DNA of 64,000 nucleotides from Tubiluchus corallicola (taxonomy: Eukaryota > Animalia > Priapulida), in the NCBI GenBank assembly GCA_030141605.1, contig JAQGDQ010000069.1, forward strand, positions 67,126 through 131,125, given 5' to 3'. Below are positions 11,625 to 23,400 of the stretch, one piece after another (within the stretch, counting starts at the first letter, position 1; the number at the start of each line of letters is the position of its first letter). The position numbers were made by a program, and so were the translations under genes. Under the pieces are notes generated by a model. That model was not told the origin of the DNA. It did no database searches and saw only the letters and a list, made by a program, of their open reading frames with translations.

Positions 11625-11765
11625 TATTACAATTAAGTGTTAAGAGTGGGTAATTCCATAAATTCACAGGCTGCTCGCATTCTTCTCATGAATTTAAACT
11701 AACAAACAAATTTATTAAACTTTAGTAAATTATGGTAATAAACGATTATTTAGAAAACATTAAAC

Positions 11766-11775
11766 GTTCCCGCGC
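11766..11775. promoter_or_regulatory. E2F-like site upstream of the MCM10-like gene
   Basis: GTTCCCGCGC, a near match to TTTSSCGC, in a small CpG-containing patch ~140 bp upstream of the tentative ATG at 11624. Confidence 0.3.
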
Positions 11776-11879
11776 AAGGCACGGAAGGCCTAACGTAAAT
11801 AAAGTCGCTGATTCGTGATTCTGACAAATTTCTTCTTCTTTTTTCCTTGTTTTTAACGTCTATGGTAGACACAGAGCCG

Positions 11880-12300
11880 CTACCCTGTATTTGGAGCAAT
11901 CCACTGCTTCGTTTCTGGCCGGAATGGATGTCGCCTGTCTGCAGCTAAAATTTTCAATTCCTGTGATTCTATTGTTAGGTTTGGTTTCAGCTGTTGTAAA
12001 TCTTTACAATTCTTGCTATCTACGTTGCTTTTGGTTTATCTCGAGGTCGTTTAGTAGGCTTTAGTGTTTCACTTTACTGTTGTTGTTTCTGGCAATCTCA
12101 TTAAATGCTTACCAGTATTAGCTTTCTGATTCTGGTTTAAGCCCTCTAATGTTGTTCTTTGGTTCTGCGATACAGCTGCTCTTTTGAAATTATACATGGC
12201 TTTTTTATTTTTAAGATTTTTTTTAGTTTTCTTTGAAACACAGCTATTTCTGCTTCCAGTAGCAAGCTCCAGATTTCTCTGTTGTGCATGAGAAATTTGA
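11880..12300 (-). mobile_element. Degenerate RTE-clade LINE 3' fragment
   Basis: Minus-strand remnants HLMRLPET, RPRDKPKAT and LAADRR resemble the RTE ORF2 C-terminal motifs GH..R, RPRGRP..TW and A.DR..W. Confidence 0.5.
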
Positions 12301-13458
12301 GGATACTAGTTAGTAGTTACATTATTAGTAAGACATGCATTGAAGAGTCGCAGCCTTGTTTCGAGGGCTTAGGACAGATTACGAGAAATATTTTATACAG
12401 TAGAATGCTGTATTTTCTCGCTACAATTTTTATTTGCTACTAAGATGTGAAACAGTTACACTTTATTTTCATGCAAGTTAGATAATTATTAATCTTTAAA
12501 TTTGCACAGGGAGTGTGAAAAGAAAACACTTAAAAAGAAAATTAAAAGTAAAACATCAAGTTTCAAAAGATTACTGGTATTGAATTGTTTTTGACAGCAA
12601 AAAGCTCTGAAAGTTAAAAGGATAGCGAAGAATAGTGAGTGACCAGTAGCACGTAATTCTCGTAACAGAATAAAAAGAGAAAATTAGGTTCATCATGATG
12701 TTTTAAACGCTTTAGCTATAACAGCGGTAATATATATATTAAATAGCGTTCAGCAAATTATCAAAAATACTATCGTCATGATGATGATCATGTTTTATTT
12801 TTAATAGAAGCTGTGTCATATCCTGCGGTATTGAGTTTATCAATTAAAAGGTAGTTTGCCGTTACCGTTAGTGTCGCAGGATAGAGGTTAAGCATAAACA
12901 GCTTATGGACCTCTCCACTCTTCCTTGTTTACTTTATTAAAAATAAAAATAAACAAAATTGGTGGCCACACTGCGATCATGAAGTGTAGCACAAGATTTC
13001 CTGTTGCCATTGTGGCAACTTGGTATCTGTATATTTTTCTGGATTGCATTTCCAGTGTCTATCAAGACGAATTTTAAACTCGGGAGGATTGGAGGCTTGA
13101 ACTACAGTGTCAAGCAGCATGCATGTTGCACTCATTAATTACTCGCCATGCAAGTGTTGCAAATGTGAACCTCCTATTCTACTTCGTGGGACACTCTCAC
13201 TTGCTCAACATCCCCTGGTATCACCTCACGGTACACTATTATGCCGCATTACGGGTGGCGAAGTTCTTCCAAATCAAACTTGTGTGTTAAAACCTATTTA
13301 GTTCAGTTATTTTTCGGCTACCTTTTTGTACAATTGCACCCAGTTGTCCTCTGCATGTGGATAGCCTTCATGTGTAAAAAAACCCTTCAGTGTTATATTA
13401 AACACACTTCTATTTAGCAATTTTATTTTACTTGTGCCACTAGCACAACACATGGCAG

Positions 13459-14420
13459 ACATACCATACCTTACCATATAATACCGCCACTCTTAAAATA
13501 TAAGTGTAGTAGAGGTTTAATCGAGCAAGCTCATTGTATTTCGTATCTAAATATCTATCCAGCTTGTTCTTGAACTTGTTCACTGAAGAAGCTTTAGCAA
13601 TTTCAGATAGGTTTTGATTCCACTCTCTAACCACTCTTTCCGCCAACACATGAAAAAATATTTTCTACAGTCCAATTTAGCTCTGTATTTAAAAATTTTT
13701 AGGGAATGCCCCCTGGTTCTGCTGTCACTTACCAGTGTAAAGATTTTTTCTCTTTCAATGCCACCTAACCCATGCATAATTTTTTACGTTTGTATCAAAT
13801 CTCCTCTATGTCTATGTATCTCTTCGCCTCAACTCTAAGGTTGTAAGTGAGCATTTTCTAAGCCTCTCTTGATATCACATTTCCTCCATACCTTCAATCA
13901 TGCTGGTCACCCTACGCTGCACACCCTCTAGAAGCCTTGTGTTTTTTCTATAGCTTTATGTCCTTCTGTGCTTGTACACAATACTCTAATTTAGGTTTTA
14001 CCAAGCTTTTATAAAATTTTATGATTGTCATGATGTCTCTAGATACAAACTGTCTCTTTATCATTCCTAATGTTTGATCAGCACTCTTCACCACCTCAGC
14101 ATACTGGCTTGCAGATTTCAAGTCATCAGTTACTGTCACACCCAAATGCTTTTCTTCTCTAATGGATGCCAACTGTACTCCATTCATGTAATACCCTTTA
14201 CCAGGGTTGTTGTATCCAAAGTGCATGACCTTGCATTTATCCACATTAAAAATCATCTGCCAATCCACACTCCACCTGCATAACTCGTCTAAATCACTTT
14301 GCAACTCACTAGCTTTATGCTCAGATGATACCTGCCTATAAATTTTCGTGTCATCAGCGAATTTGATCAGATTACTTTGCACAGATGCCTCGATATAATT
14401 GATGAAAATTACGAAGAGTG
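13459..14420 (-). mobile_element. 5'-truncated CR1-clade LINE fragment
   Basis: IFINYI..LIKFADDTKIY, LQSDLDEL..WS..WQMIFNVDKCKVMHFG, KHLGV, RTRGHSLKIFK..LDCRKYFF, RVV..WN, FKNKLDRYL; several frameshifts; GGTAA/GGTAT-type tail at ~13460-13478. Confidence 0.9.
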
Positions 14421-15322
14421 TGTAATTACAAAGAATAGTGGAATTACATAAATGATTTAACGTATTTACATGCATATATATATATATATATATATCTAGT
14501 AATACTTGGTTTATAGACCGAGCCATTAGAGAAAAAAGGCAGCTTTCAACATACAAGTCTCCATCAGTGTCTACAAAAAGCTTTCTCATGTAGCTATTCA
14601 ATGTTTTGCTGTTCTAACCTATTTGAATAACCTTGAATTGCTGTAAATTGTGGCCGAGCTTGAGCGCGAATCAGGTGTCATGCGAAATAAATGACTTTTA
14701 ACATAAGTGCATCGATTTAAAATCTCCCACATCACTAGAAAAACAGCAGTTTAAACCTGGATATTCAGCTAGCACGGTGGCTTTGCATCAGTCAGTTTGG
14801 CCTTTACATGTATTATGTCATCAATTAATTTGTCAATTTTGCATGCTGTCAGTTCCACTGGAACTGCACCCACAGTGTTTTTAATAAAAATAAAACTATG
14901 TAAAAATAAATAAATATGTAAAATCTGATCTAATTTAAAATCCAATAGTGGATAAACATCTTTCTTCGTGAGCTTATATAGGTAAAGCAGTTGTTGTGGA
15001 AATGCAGTAGCAAATTGCTTTCAATTATAAATTTTCTTATGTATGCTGTTTTATTCTTATCATTTATAATGTTAAATGTACTTGCATTATCAGTAGATTG
15101 GAAAACATTTCGATTAGCTCCTCTGTGCTTAATGTCGTTTATATGAGTGAGACACAAAATATATATGTCGGCGGCATGTGGACGAATTATTGGTGTTTTA
15201 TTTGAAAGACAAGTAGTATTTTTTACAACTTGTGTGTATCCACTTACATAGCTATTGAACCCTCTTTTACCATAGTATTGTAGTTCATTTAACAGTTTAT
15301 TACGATAGTATAATAATAGTTT

Positions 15323-15326
<4 letters not shown>

Positions 15327-15366
<40 letters not shown>
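15327..15366. repeat. (AAT)n microsatellite
   Basis: About 13 consecutive AAT/TAA units. Confidence 0.9.
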
Positions 15367-15367
<1 letters not shown>

Positions 15368-15743
15368 GTATTATGTCTAGTCCCCCTTTGAACAGAAATC
15401 ATTTTAACACAAATAAAGGTAAGTATTCCTCACATCTATCTCTTGTACTTAAAAAAATGTGGATCCTGATGTGTAAAACCACTGAAGATTTTGAATATTT
15501 CCCGCTATGATATTAACACAGCTTTCCTAAAGGTTTTCTATCATGCATTTGTCTTTATCGTAAAGAGGCTCTAAGCTTGACTGTGTCGGTTCCCTGTAAA
15601 AAATACCCTGCATCTTGTCATTGAAAATCAATTATCCAAGTTTTATGCATTTAACTTACAGCTATTTTTATTACAATTACAATTGCGTGAGGAATGTTAC
15701 CTTAGTTAAAGTTTTTTAATACTTGCTCTAATATTTGCAGAAG

Positions 15744-16253
15744 ATGAACAAGGAATGGCACGTAATCCATGAGATCTATCCGGATGACCCTCAATATTCC
15801 GACATATCAGAAGTGTTTGAGGTAGAACTAGAGCGTGCATTAGAAACGAAGTGCAACGTTATTGTGATTGAGCCCGTCAAACTGGGCGATGAGACGGCTA
15901 AATGGATAGCAGTCGGTAACTGTTTGCACAAAACTGCTGTGTTAGCTGGACTTGGCAGTTTACTGTCAGCTGGTTTCTGGCCAAATCAGTGTATTGTTAC
16001 TTGCCCGTTGGCGTTTCTGAGTGTAGCTTGTTGCGGTTTGTACTCGGTGTCATGGCAGTTTGACCCATGCTGTAAATATCAAGTTGAGCGGGACCCAAAG
16101 AAATTATCTCGTTTACCGTTGCACACTCTGGCTTCTTCGACACCCGTAGTTCTGATCAGGGTAGATGACATGCGACGGAAGATTCTACATTGTACAGTGG
16201 CATCACTAGCTGGGTTACTTTGTGCTTGGAAATTCTACCATTATGCTTGCTAA
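15744..16253 (+). CDS. TMEM11: Transmembrane protein 11, mitochondrial (PMI homolog), 169 aa from ATG 15744
   Basis: HEIY..FEVELERALE, IVIEPVKLGDETAKWIAVGNCLHKTAVLAG and SWQFDPCCKYQVE..KLSRLPLHTL.SSTPVVL.R.DD..RK.LH match TMEM11. Splice acceptor TTTGCAG| at 15740; an upstream coding exon cannot be excluded. Confidence 0.95.
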   Translation: MNKEWHVIHEIYPDDPQYSDISEVFEVELERALETKCNVIVIEPVKLGDETAKWIAVGNCLHKTAVLAGLGSLLSAGFWPNQCIVTCPLAFLSVACCGLYSVSWQFDPCCKYQVERDPKKLSRLPLHTLASSTPVVLIRVDDMRRKILHCTVASLAGLLCAWKFYHYAC

Positions 16254-16944
16254 TAACACTGTAGCCGGTACTTGATGCTCTTTTCAGTCTTTGCCTGGCA
16301 TAAGTAAAGCTGTGTCTTTCAACAGAGGCAGTAGTAACTTATAATACAAAATTATTTAGATGTACATAATGAATTGGTAAAGCACCCGGACAAGGTTTAG
16401 TAAAACTTTACTTTGCTGTACATAGTTATGCGAGCAATCATTTCAAACTCGCAGAGTTGTGTTGTATATTATTTTCAGTGTGTGTCTAGTGTTGAATGAA
16501 ATCATTATTGACATTGTAACTTTGCTATTTTCACGTGGGTTGTATAAAGGAAATATTTTGTCAATTTCTGATTTAGTGAATTGTTACAAAGTTCCTGCAA
16601 AAATCGAACTGTTGCAATAAAAGCCATGCTGATTGCATAAATAGATTTCGTACTTGTCGTGCATATAATTAAAAATTGTGCGTAGTAAGTAAAACACATG
16701 CTTGATTCTGTCGTTCAACAAAACTTATCCATTCATCGCATTTCTTCTCTAAGTTTTGAGCATGTAACATGTGTAACGAATGTAAAGCTAATGCATTTCA
16801 TTCACTCGAATCTCACAATTTGTGAGTGTCACATATTACATTCACATGTAACCCATCATAACTCACATGGTGCAGTTAATGTCACATTTACAAATTTGTG
16901 TCAAATTTTTAAAACCATTTCTTCTTCATTTAACATAGCAACAT

Positions 16945-17150
16945 ATTGGTGGGGGTTCATGACAGCCTGGGTTCGATACTCACTTGGGACGGTTTCATTT
17001 GCCATACCAACCATGACTATTTACCACATAGAATAATTTATATACACCCAAACGCAGCTGAGACTTTTGCTTGTTCAGTGACTCTCCTTAGAGGAATGTC
17101 CTTGATAGTGAGCAGTCTGGGATCATGCTACAAAGATCGCGTTAAGTAAG
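16945..17150 (+). mobile_element. tRNA-derived SINE (family A)
   Basis: GGGTTCGATACTC B box; core GTTCAGTGACTCTCCTTAGAGGAATGTCCTTGATAGTGA similar to the 7685-7723 copy. Confidence 0.6.
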
Positions 17151-18556
17151 TTCTGCTCAGGAATGCTGGATTCAAACTTGCAGTGTGCCAAAATGTAAAA
17201 AAAACGATGTTTATTTATAATACTCTTGTGTGATCCATGTAAAAGGGGGAGGGAATACCGCACCGGCATAGTTACCCCTCTTTTTCCATCAGTGTGTAAT
17301 TAACGCTGGGGAAAAAGTTTCCGGTTGTCATTTGCCAGTTGAAACATGGATTAAACTGATTTAAAATTTGCTCAAATGTTATTCGGAGAACTTTCACATT
17401 TACTATTTGGCACTGTGTACCTCAAATTTTTAACGTGATTTAATATCACATATTTTGTACAAATATTTGTTGAATCTCCTGCTAAATAAAATTGCGCATT
17501 CAAACAAAATTTACATAAACTAACGTGAACCCCAGTCTGCATTTACCTGTGATATTTTGCACTAAGAGCACTCAAGTAACTGATAATTAAACAATCAAAA
17601 TTTCTAAAAACTAGTCGCCTGCAAAATTTGGCTTTTATTTAGCAATACTGTTTTTGCTACATATGTATGTCAGTACATTTCTACTAGAGCATTAAAATAT
17701 TCGTAAAGCTCTGTGTGAACACTTGTTATTGTGGAAGTTATTGAATGGATTGAACAAAAATTTTTTACTTTGAAACCAAGTCTTTTACAAAATACTTTTG
17801 ATTACATATTACCTGTATGCTAACGTGTAATTCATACAAATATATTAACCAGTTCCTACACAAAAATTCTAAAATGTGAAATTTGTTATTCCAAAATCCA
17901 TTTGGCTGAATTTGTTTAACATAACTAGAGTTCTGTAATGTTAAAATTTCAGAATGTACAAAAAATAACAATTTGTGGAATTGTACGCCTGAAACACTGA
18001 GTCACTAATTCGGAACAGTACAAAATTTCAGCTTAGTGATTAGCAACCAAAGTTGGGCAACACTGCACCTGATAAGTAAATGGGTTTATGGTTTTGAGCT
18101 TAGATGCGAGGTTGAAGCTTGTATATATGTTGGGTCACGGCCAAGACACCTCTGCTGATTCAGTATTATCATTTTAGAAAATTATTCTTGATAATAAGCT
18201 AGATCTCGTCCAGGCAAAACCTTCAAGTTAAGTAACCCTGCATTACCTGCTGGGTGTCAGTTTGCTGTGTGCTTGGCTGTATAAAATAAGAATATTAGTA
18301 GAAACTCTGCAAAAGATGCTTGTATAGTTTAACGTAAAACTTTTTTAATTATATGTCTTGATGGTTTCTGATAACTGATGTGAGAGCACAGTAACTTACA
18401 TATGTTGTTTGTGCCTAAAGAAACACTTTGCAACATATCAAAATGGTGATCTTTAGATACATATCACTTTGGCATAGGCTTTTAACCATGATAGCTTGTC
18501 TGTTTTCACATTAAAAACTTCTGTAAAATTTTTCTAGGTCATTTGCTGATGCCAAC

Positions 18557-19243
18557 ATGAGTGTGTTTTGGTCGTTTCGAACATGTGCCCATTTTGTGAA
18601 CAATAATCACTCAAGAATTAAAAAGTGCACAACCTTATATCTCCATAACTTCACTGTACGTAGTCAACATTCTCAGCTCCGAGCTGGTGCACATCCGGCA
18701 TCAGTATACCACGTGTCAAGACAGTACTGTACTAGTGATGTTAAAACTGACACATCGTCTGATTTATCAAAGACTTATACACAGATTTATAAGTTTCCGT
18801 ACATTGTGCACGCCCGAACGTTTTCTCGGCTAAAGATTGCTCAGACCATATTCACCCTGGCTCTAATACCAACCATGGGTGTTGGAGTATGGATGGATTA
18901 TGCTCCCATCACTGCATTCGAGTATTCGCTGAGCATCGCGACATTCGCATGCGTCATGTTATACGTAATCAGTTATTACCTGCGACGACTGATTGGCATA
19001 ATTGCACTGAATGGGACAGGTGACACCATAAAAGTCTCACACCTGAATTTCTGGGGCAGGAGGGAAGATTTCTATGTTCCTGTGGAACAAGTCATCCCAG
19101 TTGCTCAGTACGAAGCTAGAGCAGATGATGCGTATATACCTTTTCTTCGCTATGATGTCAAAGAGAAATATTACATGTCACTGAGATGGGGAGGCATTTT
19201 AGATATGGAGAAATTCGTAAATGTGTTCGGGACAATATCTTAA
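18557..19243 (+). CDS. TMEM186: Transmembrane protein 186, mitochondrial (complex I assembly-associated), 228 aa
   Basis: R/S-rich presequence-like N-terminus, then IYKFPYI...SRLKIAQT, two TM segments, RRLIGII.L and KVSHLNFWGRRED..VPV, the TMEM186 family pattern. Acceptor TTTTTCTAG| at 18537. Confidence 0.88.
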   Translation: MSVFWSFRTCAHFVNNNHSRIKKCTTLYLHNFTVRSQHSQLRAGAHPASVYHVSRQYCTSDVKTDTSSDLSKTYTQIYKFPYIVHARTFSRLKIAQTIFTLALIPTMGVGVWMDYAPITAFEYSLSIATFACVMLYVISYYLRRLIGIIALNGTGDTIKVSHLNFWGRREDFYVPVEQVIPVAQYEARADDAYIPFLRYDVKEKYYMSLRWGGILDMEKFVNVFGTIS

Positions 19244-20455
19244 GTGACCGTGTGATTTAGAGGCTATCATCTAAGTCACTGCATTGATTCATTAATTATG
19301 GTGAGGAATTTGTCAATGACAATTTTCTGATTCTTTTCGATTATTTGTTGCTTCAAATGCTGCCTTTGGTGGCTAAACTTCAAGTACTAGTAATTGAACT
19401 GACACTAAGTGAAACATATCAAGGTTGTAATACCACTTGTACATGTGTAAGTTGACAACTTATTAACTTCATCGTGAAAAACAAGAAACAATGAATTAAA
19501 CAACGTGATTTGTTGATAAAAATGTATTATTTTAAACTTAAAAATTAAATTTCAAAGAAAAATAAAGTTTATATTAGATAAACTGGTCTCATTATAGCAC
19601 ACTTTAAACTTGGAGAAAAAATAGCGACAATGTGTAACGTGTGCGATGACCGTCATCCATTAGATGCAAAGTATAATATTGTATCTGTAATTACGGAGAA
19701 AAAAGCCATACAGATGTCAACGAAGTAAGCTGACATGCATTAACACAAATTAGATGCTAGGTTGAATGATTGTAATAAAATCTGCAAATGTAATGATGGC
19801 TGTACAATTAAATGCATTCTCTACAGAGTCAACAAATGAAAACAGTTTTTCTGTTACAGAATTCTACAAGTTTTGATCAGTAACCTTCGAGATAAATGAA
19901 TACAATGCTTCACCAAATCATTTTTGTTTCAAGAATGTTAAAGGTCAAAGTACTGTTAGACAAATACCTAGTTTTTTAGAGGATTCATCTGTACGAAATC
20001 TTTGTTCCACTTTTACAATTTGTATTTCAAACAATTACCTTTCAAGGGCGTAATAATAATAATATTAATAATAATAAACATGAATACAGTATATTTATGA
20101 AGCACAAACAAAGAATTGATACTTTTGCCATTCAGAATGATTAATATAACCAGAGATTTGTAACTTTAAAAAAATAACGTAACTGAATAACAAGCATACA
20201 ACAGAGTAATGATCTAAACAAATTTATAGTGATTCTTAAAAACAATCAAACAAAAACTTCTATTTTTGAAACATTTCTGCTGTTTCTCCTTGCAGTCTGC
20301 TGTAATTCAGGCATAGTCTCAAGCTAGCAGTTGTGAAGATTTCTGCCATTGCATGTACTGCAAGACTTCACCATTTAATTGCCTTGTACATTTTTGCCAT
20401 CGAGCAAACAGAGCCTATAGGATATTACCCCAGTCTAGCATCGCTCCGAGTAGGA

Positions 20456-23400
20456 CTACCGCCTTTGGCTATAAAATAACGAAAATAATACAATACAACC
20501 AGCTATATATGTCCAATTAACTATTGTTTAAACTATATTGTTATTAACTATTGCTGTTATCAAAAAGAGACAAATACAAACCCGCTGCCAAAAATGAGAT
20601 CAGCATCAGGAGCACCTTTGGGATGTTGGTATTTGGTCCTTCGCTCTCTATTTGTGTTCACTGTAGCAGGTCTTTGCAGTGATGCCAGCAATTCTGTCAG
20701 GAAAAACTATGAAAATTAGCAAGTACGTGCTAGTTTTGCCTAACAACTTCAAATGCATGAAGTAGTAAGATCAGACCTAACGTGAATTTATTTCAATTTT
20801 TTGAAAACTTGTTATGAAGAAACATATCTTTTCACATTTTAGTTGATGTTAACAGACTGCAACAATGAAAAAACAAGTAGAGCTTCCACATTCAAGGTTT
20901 GCTTTGCCTCCTAAGTTTGGCTGCTCACTTTTGCTCTACTGACAAAGTTGGAGCAGTAGCTCTCAATGTAACGGCCATAATTGCACGACTGTTCTTGAGA
21001 GGTGACTGACAGTTGGGATACAAAAACATTGTGACATCAATAAAATTTTCCTGCTTTGCAAATGCTTGCTGTCACTGTCATAATTATCTAAAGCAAAAGA
21101 ATCTGCTCATACAAGGAAAGAAACACTGCAGTTAACTGTTGCCAAAAGAATTCAAGTAAATGCACATTAAATTTCATTTATACCATTCCACGGTTAGGGT
21201 ATAAATCTTTGAACCAAAAACAAATCCTTTCTAAAGCCACCTTCAGAAGGTCAGTATTTGCATTTAGTTTGAAATGGCCCCAAGCCCCAAACTCTCTTGT
21301 TTTGTTTCCCATACAAGACAATTTTAACCAAATTTCAAAATTCTTCAGGAAATTCAAATATAATACAATCTTGCTATAAAATGATCATTTTAAAATAATA
21401 ATCTTGCTATAACTGCACTTTGCCAGTAAAAATTCTAAAACAACGTTCAGTGATAACAAATGAACAGGAAAGTTGGATTATCATTTTGTTTTGCCGAATA
21501 AAAGTTTCTGTATTCCAATTATTAATATAGAAGCAATAACTTTATCGAAAACGTCTTGCATTCGTGACAAATTAAGTAGCAAGATCACTAACGAATACAG
21601 AGTGATTAAACAAGCTGTGTCTGTACAGATTTCTGGAAAAAACGAACTGCAAAAAAGTCTAAATTCTTCTTCTGATAAGTTTTCTTTAAATATCAAATCT
21701 GTAGCTACAAAGAAAAACCTATTAAGTATTAGACAAAGAAAAAAGACAAAAAGAATTATTCAGCTAACTAAATGAGGCATCATCTCACTAACCCTGGGCC
21801 TCTTCCTCCTCTTGTCGTTCATAAGTATCAAGTGTTAGCCTCTTCATTTGCTCTTTTTCCTTCATCTCTGCAGTCTCTCGATCTTTCAAGTTTGTCACTA
21901 ATTCGGACGTGACTGGCACTTCTAAATTTTTGAACTAAAAAAGATGAAAACATTCACAGAGGTTCAAATTTTTTTATTTGTTCTCAAAGCAAACTTCCAT
22001 CAGATATCCTGTTGCTTTGAAATTTCAATTTTTCATAACTTTTGCTGGAAATCTTTGTCTAAATGCAGAAGTTCAAATAAGTTGAAATAAGTTATTCAAC
22101 AGCACACCACTTGTAAGCTAAACTAATATGCACTACGAATAGCATAGAGATCTTAGATAATTTCCATGTAACCAAGTCTCAACTTTACACTGATTAGCTA
22201 GCAATTTCACAATAATAATGTTACATTTTACAAATAAATCTAAAAACCTGTCAAAAAAGTGATAATTACCCAATCTGCAACTAAAAAACTCTGTTAAAAA
22301 AACTGAAGCTTTGACGTATTTTCCAAACAATCTGCATGGCTAACTAGTGAATTAAAACAGGCTGTAATGCTACTGTGAGCTGCACAATGAGCCTAATTAA
22401 ATGGCAGCGCATTAATGTGCTATAAAAAAAAACAAATAATTAAGTCGCACATTTTTTAAATAATTCAGTAACAAAGCTGGGTCTCAAATTTGATAAATTC
22501 CAGTCATAAATAATAATTTAGTTTTAGAAGTAACTATTTTGTAAGATACCAAACCCATAGACCACTTTTAAAACATACAAGAATGTCAAGACCTAAAGAT
22601 AAACCACATGCAGCCTTTACCTGGGGCTTATTACCCTTCTTTGTCATGAGTATAAAACTGACAGTTGACTTTCCTTCTTCTTCATCTTCTTCTTTACTTG
22701 CATCCAGCTCGTACACATTAACCTTGTTCAGCTTGTGCTGAGCCTTGATGTGCATCGGCACGGCAATGTCAATCTGGGGAACCTTCAACGACTCTTGATT
22801 TCTTTGCTAAGTAAAAGACATCATTCTTAAGGAGTTTTAAAAGATTTAATCTGTATCATGTGACTTATAGTGGATTAAAACAAAATTACTGTTTCACAGA
22901 CAAAAACTTAAAGCAATAAAGTATGTGACAAAATACTGAACTTTTGGCAAGATTAATTCTTAATGACAAGAATAGCGGCAATGAATGAAAAAATCTCACA
23001 ATTAAAAAATAATGAAAAGAAGCAAATAGCCTTACATTTCAAACTACCACTATAGTTCCTTTTCAGGTAAACAAAAAAAACAACAAAAAAGAAAAAATAA
23101 CGACGAATTATTTGAATAGCTGAATTAATTTTTTGGGAGTTTTCAGTTTATATTATTAACAGCTACAAAGGATTTCACACTGAAAAGGACACAAGTGCAT
23201 AGAAAAACGCAGCAATACAGCAGAGAAAAACACAAGGTTGAAACAAAGAAATATAAAATCACTAGCCATAGTAACAGAATGACTTATGCCTTTTCTTTCT
23301 TTTTCATCGTTTTTTTAATTGGGGATTTTTTATTCGTTCACCGCACTTACGACTTTAAATTTACAGCAACGCAACTGAGAAAATTTTTCTTTTGCAAAAC

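Noticed and set aside
11862-11980. Possible plus-strand first exon or uORF for TMEM11
   Set aside because: Better explained as the antisense of a decayed RTE fragment; candidate ATG-donor combinations are out of phase with TMEM11.
15165-15420. Upstream coding exons for TMEM11 (MSAACGR.. at 15165; MSSPPL.. at 15373)
   Set aside because: The first has only a weak donor; the second has a strong donor (15419) but the wrong phase, so it is at most a 5'UTR exon or uORF.
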